Of a stretch of DNA of 44,077 bases, positions 1 to 8,541 are shown piece after piece; within the stretch, counting starts at the first letter, position 1, and each line of letters starts with the position of its first letter. Made by a program: the position numbers and the translations under genes. Under the pieces are notes generated by a model. The model was not told the origin of the DNA and made no database searches. It worked only from the letters and a program-made list of their open reading frames with translations. The stretch is from sequence record JN984867. One strand, given 5' to 3'. Source of the DNA: Shigella phage EP23.

Positions 1-55
1 TATAATCCCCCTTAGATGGCAGGGCCGTCTCCTATGTTGCCGATGGTCGGCGCAT

Positions 56-628
56 ATGAACAAAAGGGCTTATATCATGGCAGAAATCAAAGTTAAGGGC
101 CGACGCGCCAAACTGGACGGACGAGTAGCAGTAACCCCGCGCCGTAAACCAGGCGAGCAAACCGAGCACACCAATCTTGGACCTGAAATCGAGTACGGAA
201 AGCGCCGTAAAGGCGGCAAATGCGGACGCCCTACTGACTACAGATCCGTTTACTGCGATCAGCTTCGCCGCTATTTTGCCGACGCCGACGCCTGGCAGGT
301 CAACTACTCCGATAAAGGCGCTGCGCAAGTAATCCCCCGCAACAAAATGCCAACCTTCGGCCGATTTGCCGCTGAAATCGGCGTGGGCGTAGCTTGCCTG
401 TATCGCTGGGCGCGTGCGCATGAGGAGTTTGCCGAGGCGATGGCGGACGCAATGGAGTTGCAGAAAACCTTCCTGATGGAAGCTGGCGGCGTGACCATCG
501 CGGCGGGCTTCGCTACATTCCTGCTTAAAGCAAACCACGGCGTCCGCGACGATGTACCGCTGGATGACGACGAAGATGATAACGGCGACGTAGTTGTCGA
601 ACCTTCCGGCAAAGGCCAGGGTGAATAA
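56..628 (+). CDS. terS: terminase small subunit
   Basis: 190-aa ORF; its stop overlaps the large-terminase start by 1 nt. Basic N-terminus, HTH-like segment FGRFAAEIGVGVACLYRWARAHEEF, acidic C-tail. First gene of the packaging module. True start could be M8 (position 77). Confidence 0.7.
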   Translation: MNKRAYIMAEIKVKGRRAKLDGRVAVTPRRKPGEQTEHTNLGPEIEYGKRRKGGKCGRPTDYRSVYCDQLRRYFADADAWQVNYSDKGAAQVIPRNKMPTFGRFAAEIGVGVACLYRWARAHEEFAEAMADAMELQKTFLMEAGGVTIAAGFATFLLKANHGVRDDVPLDDDEDDNGDVVVEPSGKGQGE

Positions 629-2013
629 TGCGTAACTATGCGGCAGAACACCGCGCCCTTGAACGAGCGATCGCAAAGCGAAACAGACCTCCGCGCCCGA
701 CACGCGTTGCGCAGGCTGTCCGCCTTTACCAGCCTGATTGCTTGCCGCACCAGGTTGAACTACTGCGCGACACAAAGACTAAAATCCTCGGCCTGTGTTC
801 CGGCTTCGGTGGCGGAAAGTCGTGGGTAGCTGCGCGTAAGGTCATCCAGCTTCTGACACTTAACCCTGGTTATGACGGCATCGTGACCGAACCGACTATT
901 CCACTCCTGGTTAAAATCATGTATCCGGAACTGGAGAAGGCATTCGACGAGGCTGGCTTCCGGTGGAAGTTCAATAAGCAGGATAAGATCTACAATGTGC
1001 TGGTGAAAGGCAAATGGACACGCGTTATCTGTGAATCAATGGAGAACTATACCCGCCTGATCGGGGTCAACGCCGCGTGGATTGTTGCCGATGAATTCGA
1101 CACTACGAAGCAAGACGTCGCGCTGGCGGCATATCACAAATTGCTCGGTCGTCTGCGTGCGGGCTTCGTCCGCCAGTTCGTCATCGTGTCAACGCCTGAA
1201 GGCTACCGGGCGATGTACCAAATTTTCGAGGTGGAGAAAGACAACCAGAAACGCTTGATCCGGGCGAAGACCACGGACAACCACCATTTACCGGCAGACT
1301 TTATCGACACGCTCCGTAGTCAGTACCCAGCTAACCTGATCGACGCGTACCTGAACGGCCTGTTTGTTAACCTTACGTCGGGCGCGGTATACAAGATGTT
1401 CAACCGCGAGGAGAACGCCAGCACCGAAGAAGTGAAGCCGGACGACACGCTGATTATCGGTATGGACTTTAACGTCACGAAGATGGCGGCGGTTGTGTAC
1501 GTCAGACGGCAGCGAGTCACCGAGAACAAGGAGTTCCGCGACGAGATTCACGCGGTGGATGAATTTGTGGACCTGTTTGACACCCCGGCTATGATTGAGG
1601 CGATAGAGGAGCGCTACCCCGATCATTGTGCTGCCGGTCGTGTTGTCGTTTACCCGGATAGCAGCGGCAAATCCCGCAAGACGGTCAACGCGTCGTCGTC
1701 CGATATCGCACAACTGGAAGATGCGGGCTTCGAGGTGGAGTATGACAGCGTTAACCCGCCTGTGAAAGACCGATTGATTGCGATGAATACGATGATGTGC
1801 AACTCGAAGGGCGTGCGCCAGTATTTTGTCAACCTGGATAAATGCCCTACACTAGCGAAATGTCTGGAACAGCAGGTTTACGACCTGAAGAAAGGCGAGC
1901 CGGATAAAACCGCCGGGGTGGACCACATGAACGATGCCGCGGGCTACCCTATTGCGCACTTGTTCCCTGTGATTCGTCCGATCGCAGTTGTTCCAACTGT
2001 AGACTTCTACTAA
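628..2013 (+). CDS. terL: terminase large subunit
   Basis: 461 aa. Walker A-like GFGGGKSW, Walker B-like WIVADEFD, C-terminal nuclease-type region. Position between TerS and portal. Confidence 0.9.
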   Translation: MRNYAAEHRALERAIAKRNRPPRPTRVAQAVRLYQPDCLPHQVELLRDTKTKILGLCSGFGGGKSWVAARKVIQLLTLNPGYDGIVTEPTIPLLVKIMYPELEKAFDEAGFRWKFNKQDKIYNVLVKGKWTRVICESMENYTRLIGVNAAWIVADEFDTTKQDVALAAYHKLLGRLRAGFVRQFVIVSTPEGYRAMYQIFEVEKDNQKRLIRAKTTDNHHLPADFIDTLRSQYPANLIDAYLNGLFVNLTSGAVYKMFNREENASTEEVKPDDTLIIGMDFNVTKMAAVVYVRRQRVTENKEFRDEIHAVDEFVDLFDTPAMIEAIEERYPDHCAAGRVVVYPDSSGKSRKTVNASSSDIAQLEDAGFEVEYDSVNPPVKDRLIAMNTMMCNSKGVRQYFVNLDKCPTLAKCLEQQVYDLKKGEPDKTAGVDHMNDAAGYPIAHLFPVIRPIAVVPTVDFY

Positions 2014-2024
2014 GGAAACCGACC

Positions 2025-3545
2025 ATGACCGTTAACGTTGACAACCAGCACCCACTCTATGCGCGCATCGCGCCAGAGTGGAAAATGATTCGCGATTGTG
2101 TAGCAGGGGAGCGCGCCGTGAAGGCGTGCGGACCATTGTATCTGCCACACCCAGCCAGCGGCGACACCACAGACCCGAAATCGCGTGCGCGCTATAAGGC
2201 ATATAAGCAACGCGCTGTCTTCCTGAACGCCACCGCCCGCACACTGAATGCCTTGTTAGGCGTCGCCTTCGCCAAACCGGTGAGTATGGACCTTTCCGGG
2301 GCAATGGCTGACCTGATCGAAGACGTAGACGGCAGCGGGATGCCCCTGGCGCAACTCCTGCGCGGCGCTATGTCGGAAGTGCTGCAATCGGGCCGCGCAG
2401 GCTTTATGGTGGACTATGACCGCCAGGCGCATTTTGACGAACTGGGTAACGTAGTGCCGCAGACAGCCGCTGAAATGGCGGCACACCGCCCGCTTATCCG
2501 CCTGTATACGGCTGAACAGATCATCAACTGGCGGCAGACCCACGGGGTCGACACGCTAATCGTGCTGAAGGAAACGGACGAAATCAGCACCGAAGACCAG
2601 GACGACTTCGCAAACCACGAGGTGACCATCTGGACCGAGCTTCGCATGATTGACGGCAAGGCACACGCCCGCCGCTGGTTTTACAATGCGGACACGTCAG
2701 AAGTGCAAATGGACTTGCCGCGGGGATTCACCCGAACCGACCTTGTTCCACTGGTGGATGCTGACGGTAACGCGCTTACTCAACTGCCATTTTGCTGGTG
2801 TGGTGCTGTGGACAACAACGCGACGCCGGACGCCGCACCGCTGGCGGATATTGCATCCATCAACATTAAGCACTACAACGCCGAAGCAGACGTCGCCGAG
2901 ATTGCGCACATTGTGGGCCAACCTACACTTATTGCGACCGGTCTTACCCAATCATGGGCTGATAAAAACCTGAAGGGTGGCATCGCACTAGGCGCGACTA
3001 AGGGCGTTATCCTGGGCCAGAACATGGACGCTAAACTGCTTCAGGCTGAGGAGAGAAACCTGTCAGTTGCGCTGTGTGAGCGACGCGAATTGCAAATGGC
3101 TAAACTGGGCGCGGCCCTGGTCGAGAAGGGGACCGCACCTAAGACGGCAACTGAAGCGGCCTACGATGCGCAGACTGATAACAGTATCCTGTCACTGATT
3201 GCCGGTAACGTTGAGAAGGCATTCAACCGTGCGCTGCAAATCGTCAAACTGTTCACTGGCGACACCGCAGATCAACGCGTAACGCTGAATAAGTTCTACA
3301 CCGAAATCACGGTTGACGCACAGCTTATGACCGCGATGATGGCTGGTGTGCAGACCGGTACGGTCCGTCTGGCGGACTTTATCAAGTGGATGATGGCCCA
3401 GGGCGTCATTGATGACTCGCAAACCGTTGAGCAGGTGGAAGACGAATTGCGAAATCAGAATCCATTGCCTCAAATGTCCCCGGATGCGGTAGAATCTACC
3501 GAAGAAGACCCGGACAAGGTAGCGGACAATGGCGAAGACAATTAA
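2025..3545 (+). CDS. portal protein
   Basis: 506 aa directly after TerL. Size, acidic C-terminus and synteny are typical of siphovirus portals. Confidence 0.8.
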   Translation: MTVNVDNQHPLYARIAPEWKMIRDCVAGERAVKACGPLYLPHPASGDTTDPKSRARYKAYKQRAVFLNATARTLNALLGVAFAKPVSMDLSGAMADLIEDVDGSGMPLAQLLRGAMSEVLQSGRAGFMVDYDRQAHFDELGNVVPQTAAEMAAHRPLIRLYTAEQIINWRQTHGVDTLIVLKETDEISTEDQDDFANHEVTIWTELRMIDGKAHARRWFYNADTSEVQMDLPRGFTRTDLVPLVDADGNALTQLPFCWCGAVDNNATPDAAPLADIASINIKHYNAEADVAEIAHIVGQPTLIATGLTQSWADKNLKGGIALGATKGVILGQNMDAKLLQAEERNLSVALCERRELQMAKLGAALVEKGTAPKTATEAAYDAQTDNSILSLIAGNVEKAFNRALQIVKLFTGDTADQRVTLNKFYTEITVDAQLMTAMMAGVQTGTVRLADFIKWMMAQGVIDDSQTVEQVEDELRNQNPLPQMSPDAVESTEEDPDKVADNGEDN

Positions 3546-4632
3546 TCAATATATGGCGGATCGAATGATTCGCCGTCACATATTCACCCAGCGCCTGAGC
3601 AATGACCAGGCGCGGAGGGTGCTGGCTATGTGGGAGAAGTTCCGTCCCTCGTTACTTGGTAAGCTGACCGAGTTACTTGATGGCAAAAAATCCATGAATA
3701 ACAAGGCACTATCCACGCTGTTAACGCAACTCGACAAGACAGTTAAAGCAGAATTGCGCACCGAGTTTAAGGCGTTGGCTGAAAGCCTTCAGGAGTTTGC
3801 CGACACGGAGGCCGATTATCTCGCCGACACATTAACGGCAGCGATCCAGCCGGTGGTCGCTGTACCTGCGATCGAGGTGGTTGGCGTAGTGACCGGTGCG
3901 CAGATCGCAGCGACTGCGATGAAAAACCCGTTCCAGGGAAATACCATGATGCAATGGCCCGATTCATTGTCTGAGTGGACCAGGACGCAGATCGGGAATC
4001 AGGTGCGCGCTGGATTCATCCAGGGTAAGCCGACTATGGAAATTATAGCGGACGTGAGGCGCGCGCTCGGCGGTCGTAGTGCGCAAGCTATCTCAAGCGT
4101 TGTTAAGTCCGCAGTCAACCACTATGCGGCGACAGCCCGCGAATTAATGGTAAAAGCTAATGACGATATTCTCGAAGGTCGCCAATGGTTATCTACATTG
4201 GACACGCATACTTCTCCCATGTGCCAGCTACGCGATCGCCTGTTTTATCCGGTTGATGTTACTCCCGACACCAAAGGAAAGCGCGGCGGGAAAATGGTGG
4301 CTGGGTCACAATATGGCGCTGGTCCGGGAAAGTTGCATTATTGTTGCCGGTCGACGGAGACGTGGAAGGTTAAAGGCATGGAAGATTGGCCCAGTGGTAA
4401 GCGTCCGGCACTGAAGGCTGACGCGGGTCGATTGCTGAGTGAGCAGGTCGACGCGCAGACTGATTTCTTCTCATGGGTGCAGCGCCAGCCGCGCCATATC
4501 CTGGAAGAATTATACGGAGTGCAACGCGCCGACCAGATTATGCGCGGCGTGAAAGTGCCGAAGATGTTCACCGATTCAGGCGAACTAATGACTATTGCGC
4601 AGCTTAAAAACCGGGGGTTATGGCGTGATTAA
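3529..4632 (+). CDS. head morphogenesis / minor capsid protein (Mu F / SPP1 gp7-like)
   Basis: 367 aa after the portal gene. Motif QWLSTLDTHTSPMCQLRDRLFY resembles the Mu F family core. Confidence 0.7.
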   Translation: MAKTINQYMADRMIRRHIFTQRLSNDQARRVLAMWEKFRPSLLGKLTELLDGKKSMNNKALSTLLTQLDKTVKAELRTEFKALAESLQEFADTEADYLADTLTAAIQPVVAVPAIEVVGVVTGAQIAATAMKNPFQGNTMMQWPDSLSEWTRTQIGNQVRAGFIQGKPTMEIIADVRRALGGRSAQAISSVVKSAVNHYAATARELMVKANDDILEGRQWLSTLDTHTSPMCQLRDRLFYPVDVTPDTKGKRGGKMVAGSQYGAGPGKLHYCCRSTETWKVKGMEDWPSGKRPALKADAGRLLSEQVDAQTDFFSWVQRQPRHILEELYGVQRADQIMRGVKVPKMFTDSGELMTIAQLKNRGLWRD

Positions 4633-4954
4633 ATATGCAGCGATTGGACTGGGTGTCGGTCTGGCGGTAGGATTCTGGCTAGGTGACTCCTATCGCGCTG
4701 GCGTAGTGGCGGAGGCGGCGCAAGAAGCGCAAGCCCAAGCCCAACGGCAGCAAACTAAAGTTGTTGAGCGCTCCGTGCAGGCCGAACAGGCCCGCGACGT
4801 AGAATACCGGACTATCACGAAAGAGGTTGTTAAATATGTTACGCGCCCTAACCGCCCTGATTGTAGTTTTGATGCTGAGCGCGTGCGGATCAAGCAACGT
4901 GCCGTTGATGCCGCTAACGGAGTCGGCGCTGCGACCGCCGTGCAAGTTCGATAG
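4595..4954 (+). CDS. i-spanin (Rz-like)
   Basis: N-terminal TM helix IKYAAIGLGVGLAVGFWLG, Ala/Gln/Glu-rich coiled coil, C-terminal PDCSFDAERVRIKQRAVDAAN. An out-of-frame lipoprotein ORF overlaps its 3' half. A GTG at 4625 preceded by GGGGG may be the real start. Confidence 0.7.
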   Translation: MRSLKTGGYGVIKYAAIGLGVGLAVGFWLGDSYRAGVVAEAAQEAQAQAQRQQTKVVERSVQAEQARDVEYRTITKEVVKYVTRPNRPDCSFDAERVRIKQRAVDAANGVGAATAVQVR

Positions 4955-5066
4955 CCCGTCCGCAGACCCCGACGAGGATTTGATGATTGACGTGAAAAAT
5001 ATGGAATGCGGGGCGAAGCTGAGGGCGCAGGTCCTGGAGTTGCAGCAAATAATTAAGGGGCCGTAA
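4827..5066 (+). CDS. o-spanin lipoprotein (Rz1-like), overlapped architecture
   Basis: Signal peptide plus lipobox (LIVVLMLSAC|GSS) and a Pro-rich mature part. Starts inside the i-spanin gene in another frame and extends 112 nt beyond it. Alternative start at 4836. Confidence 0.75.
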   Translation: MLNMLRALTALIVVLMLSACGSSNVPLMPLTESALRPPCKFDSPSADPDEDLMIDVKNMECGAKLRAQVLELQQIIKGP

Positions 5067-5077
5067 TGGCCCCTTTT
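5055..5077. terminator. hairpin terminator between convergent genes
   Basis: AAGGGGCC-GTAAT-GGCCCCTT followed by TTTT. The o-spanin stop codon lies in the loop. The convergent minus-strand gene ends at 5080. Confidence 0.6.
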
Positions 5078-5079
5078 CG

Positions 5080-5844
5080 TCAGCGCGGAATACCGCAAAT
5101 CTCGTTGAGAGTTTTCACATCCAGCGCCACCGCCGTGGATTTTGGCTTGTCCGGGTATGGTATGAATTGCTCAACTTCAGGCCATGCCTTAATCAGCTTC
5201 TTGTCAGTATTGTGCAGGTCCAGCACACCGGTAACGGTGAGTTTGAACGCATCATACTTCGCGCGTAACTCGCGACGGGCTTTGTCGTTGCGGTCCAGGC
5301 GTTTACAGAAATCATGATCTGCCGGGTAGTCTACGCGACCGCGTGGAAGATATATCGGCAGCGCTTTCCCGTCCTCGTCCACTTCGCACACTGACGCGAG
5401 CATAACCGTCTCGAACCCCGGAACGATATCGCCGAGATCAGGCGCGAGCATATTCATATATTTCTCTTCCCAGTACCCGCGATGTACGCGGTATTGGCGA
5501 CCGTCACCGCTCAAGGACAAGGTGCGAACATTTCCGCCTGCGTTGATTTCGAAAGTGGCGTCGTAAACGCTGCCGATACCCTTCGGACGGTCGGTGTTAT
5601 AACTATACGTCGCCTTGTTGGTGTATACGCTGACGCCGTACATCTGCGACTGGTCATCGAGGATTAACAGGATATGCTCGCGTAGCGCGGCGAATGTGCG
5701 AATGCCGTCCGGCATACAGTCCAGCGTGATTGCGTACGCCAGATCGCGGGAGTCCATCATGATTGATTTGGCTTCGGTTGCGATTTCGTGGTCGCGCAGG
5801 ATGTTAGCCAGGATCTGATTTTTAATGTCTTTCGTCAGTCTCAT
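5080..5844 (-). CDS. hypothetical protein (254 aa), second gene of the antisense island
   Basis: Long ORF with SD GAGGA 8 nt upstream of its ATG. No motif I can assign. Confidence 0.6.
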   Translation of the reverse strand: MRLTKDIKNQILANILRDHEIATEAKSIMMDSRDLAYAITLDCMPDGIRTFAALREHILLILDDQSQMYGVSVYTNKATYSYNTDRPKGIGSVYDATFEINAGGNVRTLSLSGDGRQYRVHRGYWEEKYMNMLAPDLGDIVPGFETVMLASVCEVDEDGKALPIYLPRGRVDYPADHDFCKRLDRNDKARRELRAKYDAFKLTVTGVLDLHNTDKKLIKAWPEVEQFIPYPDKPKSTAVALDVKTLNEICGIPR

Positions 5845-5925
5845 TTTTGTGTCCTCGTTGTTGGGGCTTTCGCCCCGTTTGGTTTAGTTGAATTTGATGC
5901 CGCCACCAACAGGCCGCTTTGTTCG

Positions 5926-6438
5926 CTACAAACGCATCGGCATGATAACAAGGAAGGCCCCACCTTTGAACGACACACGTGTCGCCTTGTCGACCCCCCG
6001 GAATTCCAGTTTTAAGCTATCAAACTTACGGTCGAACAATTTAGCAATTTTGAAGGCGTCGGATAGGTATGCCCCATTAAACCCGATAGCCTCCACTTTA
6101 GCGCTGGCGAAAGACGAAACTCTACGCCAGTCTGGGAATCGTCCGTCTATGTTCTCTACGGGCAGGGTCCCTATTAATACGTCTTTACTATCAAAGAACG
6201 CTGCGGAGGTGTCGTCAATGTTGCAGTATTCGAATTTAGCAGGTAAGCGGCCTTTAATTGATACTATTTTACTTTCACCTTCGGGAACAACCGCGGACCC
6301 TAAGAACAAACGATGTCCGTCGGAGGCCACAATGAAGCCTTTCTCGTCGAAAAATACACCATTCAGATAGTATCGCACGTCATTAGTTGCGGCGCACATC
6401 ATAGCGGCTTTAAGATCGGCATAGTTAACTTTAATCAT
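5926..6438 (-). CDS. truncated DnaN (beta sliding clamp)-like protein, 170 aa
   Basis: Contains DVRYYLNGVFFD, ASDGHRL, DGRFPDWRRV, IGFNGAYLSDAF and a C-terminal VIMPMRL. These match E. coli DnaN blocks DVRYYLNGMLFE, ATDGHRL, DGRFPDYRRV, IGFNVSYVLDVL and VVMPMRL. Start trimmed from the track value (6492) to the ATG at 6438 (or 6444) behind SD GAGGA. Confidence 0.75.
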   Translation of the reverse strand: MIKVNYADLKAAMMCAATNDVRYYLNGVFFDEKGFIVASDGHRLFLGSAVVPEGESKIVSIKGRLPAKFEYCNIDDTSAAFFDSKDVLIGTLPVENIDGRFPDWRRVSSFASAKVEAIGFNGAYLSDAFKIAKLFDRKFDSLKLEFRGVDKATRVSFKGGAFLVIMPMRL

Positions 6439-6467
6439 TATCATTTCCTCGTTGTTGGTGTGCAACC

Positions 6468-6497
6468 AATATAATGCAACCAACATCTGCAATGCAA
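6468..6497 (-). promoter_or_regulatory. sigma70-like promoter for the antisense island
   Basis: On the minus strand: TTGCAT-18 nt-TATATT. TTGGTTGCA boxes abut both sides of the -10, giving TATATTGGTTGCACACCAAC, which nearly repeats at 39515-39534. Confidence 0.55.
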
Positions 6498-6504
6498 GCG
6501 AATT

Positions 6505-6532
6505 TTGCGATTATTTTTATCGCTGATAATAT
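6505..6532 (+). promoter_or_regulatory. candidate promoter for scaffold/capsid genes
   Basis: TTGCGA-16 nt-TAATAT, divergent from the 6468-6497 promoter. Confidence 0.4.
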
Positions 6533-6586
6533 TAAGGCGTGAAGTCAAGCGGGTGGCCCGCTTTGCCACAATCCCAGGGGGATAGC

Positions 6587-7291
6587 ATGAAACTTACTAA
6601 AGCAGAATATGACGCGTTGCCAGAAGGCATGAAGGCTTTATTTGTTGCCGATGGCGATGGGTATAAATCCACGTTCATGACCGCCGAAGAAGTACAGGCG
6701 GAGATCAAGGGTCTGAAAGACAACAACGCGAAGCTGGTTAGCGAGAAGAAAGCAGAAGCCGAACGTCGCGCCGAAGCCGAGCGCCTTGCGAAAGAGAAAG
6801 AGGAAGCCGCCGCGCGCAAAAATGGTGACCTCGAAGCAATCGACAAATCCTGGAAAGATAAGTTCGCAAAACATGAAGCGGACACATCGGGGAAAATCGA
6901 AGCCTACCGCAAGCAGATCCACGACCTGACCATCGGCAGCGCCGCCAAAGATCTGGCGTCGAAGCTGTTCGGTAAGAACGCCGGAATCATGCAACGTCAC
7001 GTTATGGACCGCCTGACGCTGGAAGACGGCGAAGACGGCAGCTTGAAAGTGCGGGTCTTGCAGGATGGCAAACCGTCCGCGCTGACTATGGAAGAGCTTG
7101 AAAAAGAGTTCCGTAATAACGCCGATTTTGCATCCGTCCTGGCTGGCACGCCAGCAGGCGGCGCTCCTAGCAAACCGACGCAGGTTGTCGAAGATGTGAA
7201 GTCAAAAATCACTATGGGCCACAGCTTCGGTATCACTGACTTAACGAAACAGGCAGGGGATATCATCGCTAAAATGGGCGACGACGAGTAA
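6587..7291 (+). CDS. scaffolding protein
   Basis: 234 aa, strongly helical and charged (AEAERRAEAERLAKEKEEAAARK), immediately upstream of the major capsid gene. Start trimmed to the ATG at 6587 behind GGGGGA. Confidence 0.65.
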   Translation: MKLTKAEYDALPEGMKALFVADGDGYKSTFMTAEEVQAEIKGLKDNNAKLVSEKKAEAERRAEAERLAKEKEEAAARKNGDLEAIDKSWKDKFAKHEADTSGKIEAYRKQIHDLTIGSAAKDLASKLFGKNAGIMQRHVMDRLTLEDGEDGSLKVRVLQDGKPSALTMEELEKEFRNNADFASVLAGTPAGGAPSKPTQVVEDVKSKITMGHSFGITDLTKQAGDIIAKMGDDE

Positions 7292-7295
7292 GCAG

Positions 7296-7320
7296 ATCGC
7301 CCGCGAAAGCGGGCGATTTT
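7296..7320 (+). terminator. intrinsic terminator after the scaffold gene
   Basis: ATCGCCCGC-GAAA-GCGGGCGAT followed by TTTT. Confidence 0.6.
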
Positions 7321-7388
7321 GCGAGCGCGTAAATCTAAGGTAACATTAACGACACTGAGCGAATGCTCACAACTCAAAGGATTCTAAT

Positions 7389-8483
7389 ATGTCTTTAACA
7401 GTGTTCCAGCGTAAACTCGTCACCGCGGTTACGCAAATGATTCCCGATAACCTGAACGTGTTCAACGCTGCCGCTAACGGTGCTGTTGTTCTCGGCACGG
7501 GTGAAGTTCTGAAGGACGTTGTAGAAAAAATGTCCGTAGGCTTGATCGCCAACCTCGTTACCGACCGTAACGCCTACGCCCCTGTCGGTACTCCGGCGAC
7601 CGCAAAAGTGCTGGCGCGTATGCTGACCAACTCGGTTAACCTGTCCGCGAAAGTGGGTCCGGTGGCAATCACTAAGGCCATGATGGCTAAGATCGAAACC
7701 AACGTTAATAGCGTTGCGGCTGAGATTGCGGCACAGGCTACTCAAGCGATTATGCTGCATTACCTCAAAGCGGGTATCGGTGCGGGCAAAGCCGCTATTG
7801 AAAGCAACGCAGCGGCAAACTACACCCAACCTGCGCGCGTTGACGGCGTTGGCGGTCGTACCTTCCCGACCCTGGCAGACTTCCCGCTGGCGGCTTCTAA
7901 GTTCGGCGATCAGGCTGCTTTGATTAAGTCCTGGTTTATGGACGGCGTTACCTGGGCAAACTTCATCGCTTACCAGGCGCTTCCATCTGCCGAGCAGGTA
8001 TTCGCGATCGGCGATCTGCAGGTAATGGGCGATGGCCTGGGCCGCCGTTTCATTATCTCCGATGCCGCTGCCGATGCAATGGGCGCGGGTAAAATGCTGG
8101 GTCTGGTCCCTGGCGCGGTTGCAGTTACCACCAACGGCCTAGATATGCTGGCGCAGGAAAAAGGCGGTAACGAGAACATTGAGCGCTGGTGGCAGGGCGA
8201 GTTCGACTTCAACGTGGCTGTTAAAGGCTATCGTCTGAAGGCGTCCGCTCGTACTCCGGTCGAAGGCGTTCGCTCGTTCAAGCTGTCCGATATCACCGAT
8301 AAGGCCAACTGGGAACTGGACCAGGGCCAGGTAGACAACGCACCGGCAACCGTGCAGGATGTTGGCAGCGATAGCGATACCAAAGGCCGCCGCCGTACGC
8401 AGACAGCGCAGGCAGTGCCTACCCGTAACATCAAGGAAACCGCGGGCGTACTGGTTACGCTGACTGCTACCACCGCGTCGTAA
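7389..8483 (+). CDS. major capsid protein
   Basis: 364 aa, SD AAAGGA. Position after the scaffold gene and a strong terminator downstream. The size fits HK97-fold capsid proteins. Confidence 0.8.
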   Translation: MSLTVFQRKLVTAVTQMIPDNLNVFNAAANGAVVLGTGEVLKDVVEKMSVGLIANLVTDRNAYAPVGTPATAKVLARMLTNSVNLSAKVGPVAITKAMMAKIETNVNSVAAEIAAQATQAIMLHYLKAGIGAGKAAIESNAAANYTQPARVDGVGGRTFPTLADFPLAASKFGDQAALIKSWFMDGVTWANFIAYQALPSAEQVFAIGDLQVMGDGLGRRFIISDAAADAMGAGKMLGLVPGAVAVTTNGLDMLAQEKGGNENIERWWQGEFDFNVAVKGYRLKASARTPVEGVRSFKLSDITDKANWELDQGQVDNAPATVQDVGSDSDTKGRRRTQTAQAVPTRNIKETAGVLVTLTATTAS

Positions 8484-8501
8484 CAGGCGCACATCCCAAA
8501 T

Positions 8502-8526
8502 GGGCGGGCTTATGCCCGCCTTTTTT
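8502..8526 (+). terminator. intrinsic terminator after the capsid gene
   Basis: GGGCGGGC-TTAT-GCCCGCC followed by TTTTTT. Confidence 0.8.
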
Positions 8527-8541
8527 ATAGGAGTGAATACA

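Noticed and set aside
32-775. 247-aa minus-strand ORF antisense to terS/terL
   Set aside because: It lies entirely opposite two well-supported plus-strand genes and has no SD. Its low-complexity, off-frame-like composition marks it as a shadow ORF.
5926-6492. N-terminal extensions of track ORFs (5926-6492, 6539-7291, 8500-9042, 11359-11736, 12408-15089, 21708-22013, 21972-23660, 26066-26599, 28618-28926, 28832-29197, 32524-33219, 35563-36306)
   Set aside because: The upstream in-frame starts run through promoters or terminators or lack an SD. Internal ATG/GTG codons with proper SD spacing give products that begin at the recognisable protein N-termini, so the coordinates were trimmed.
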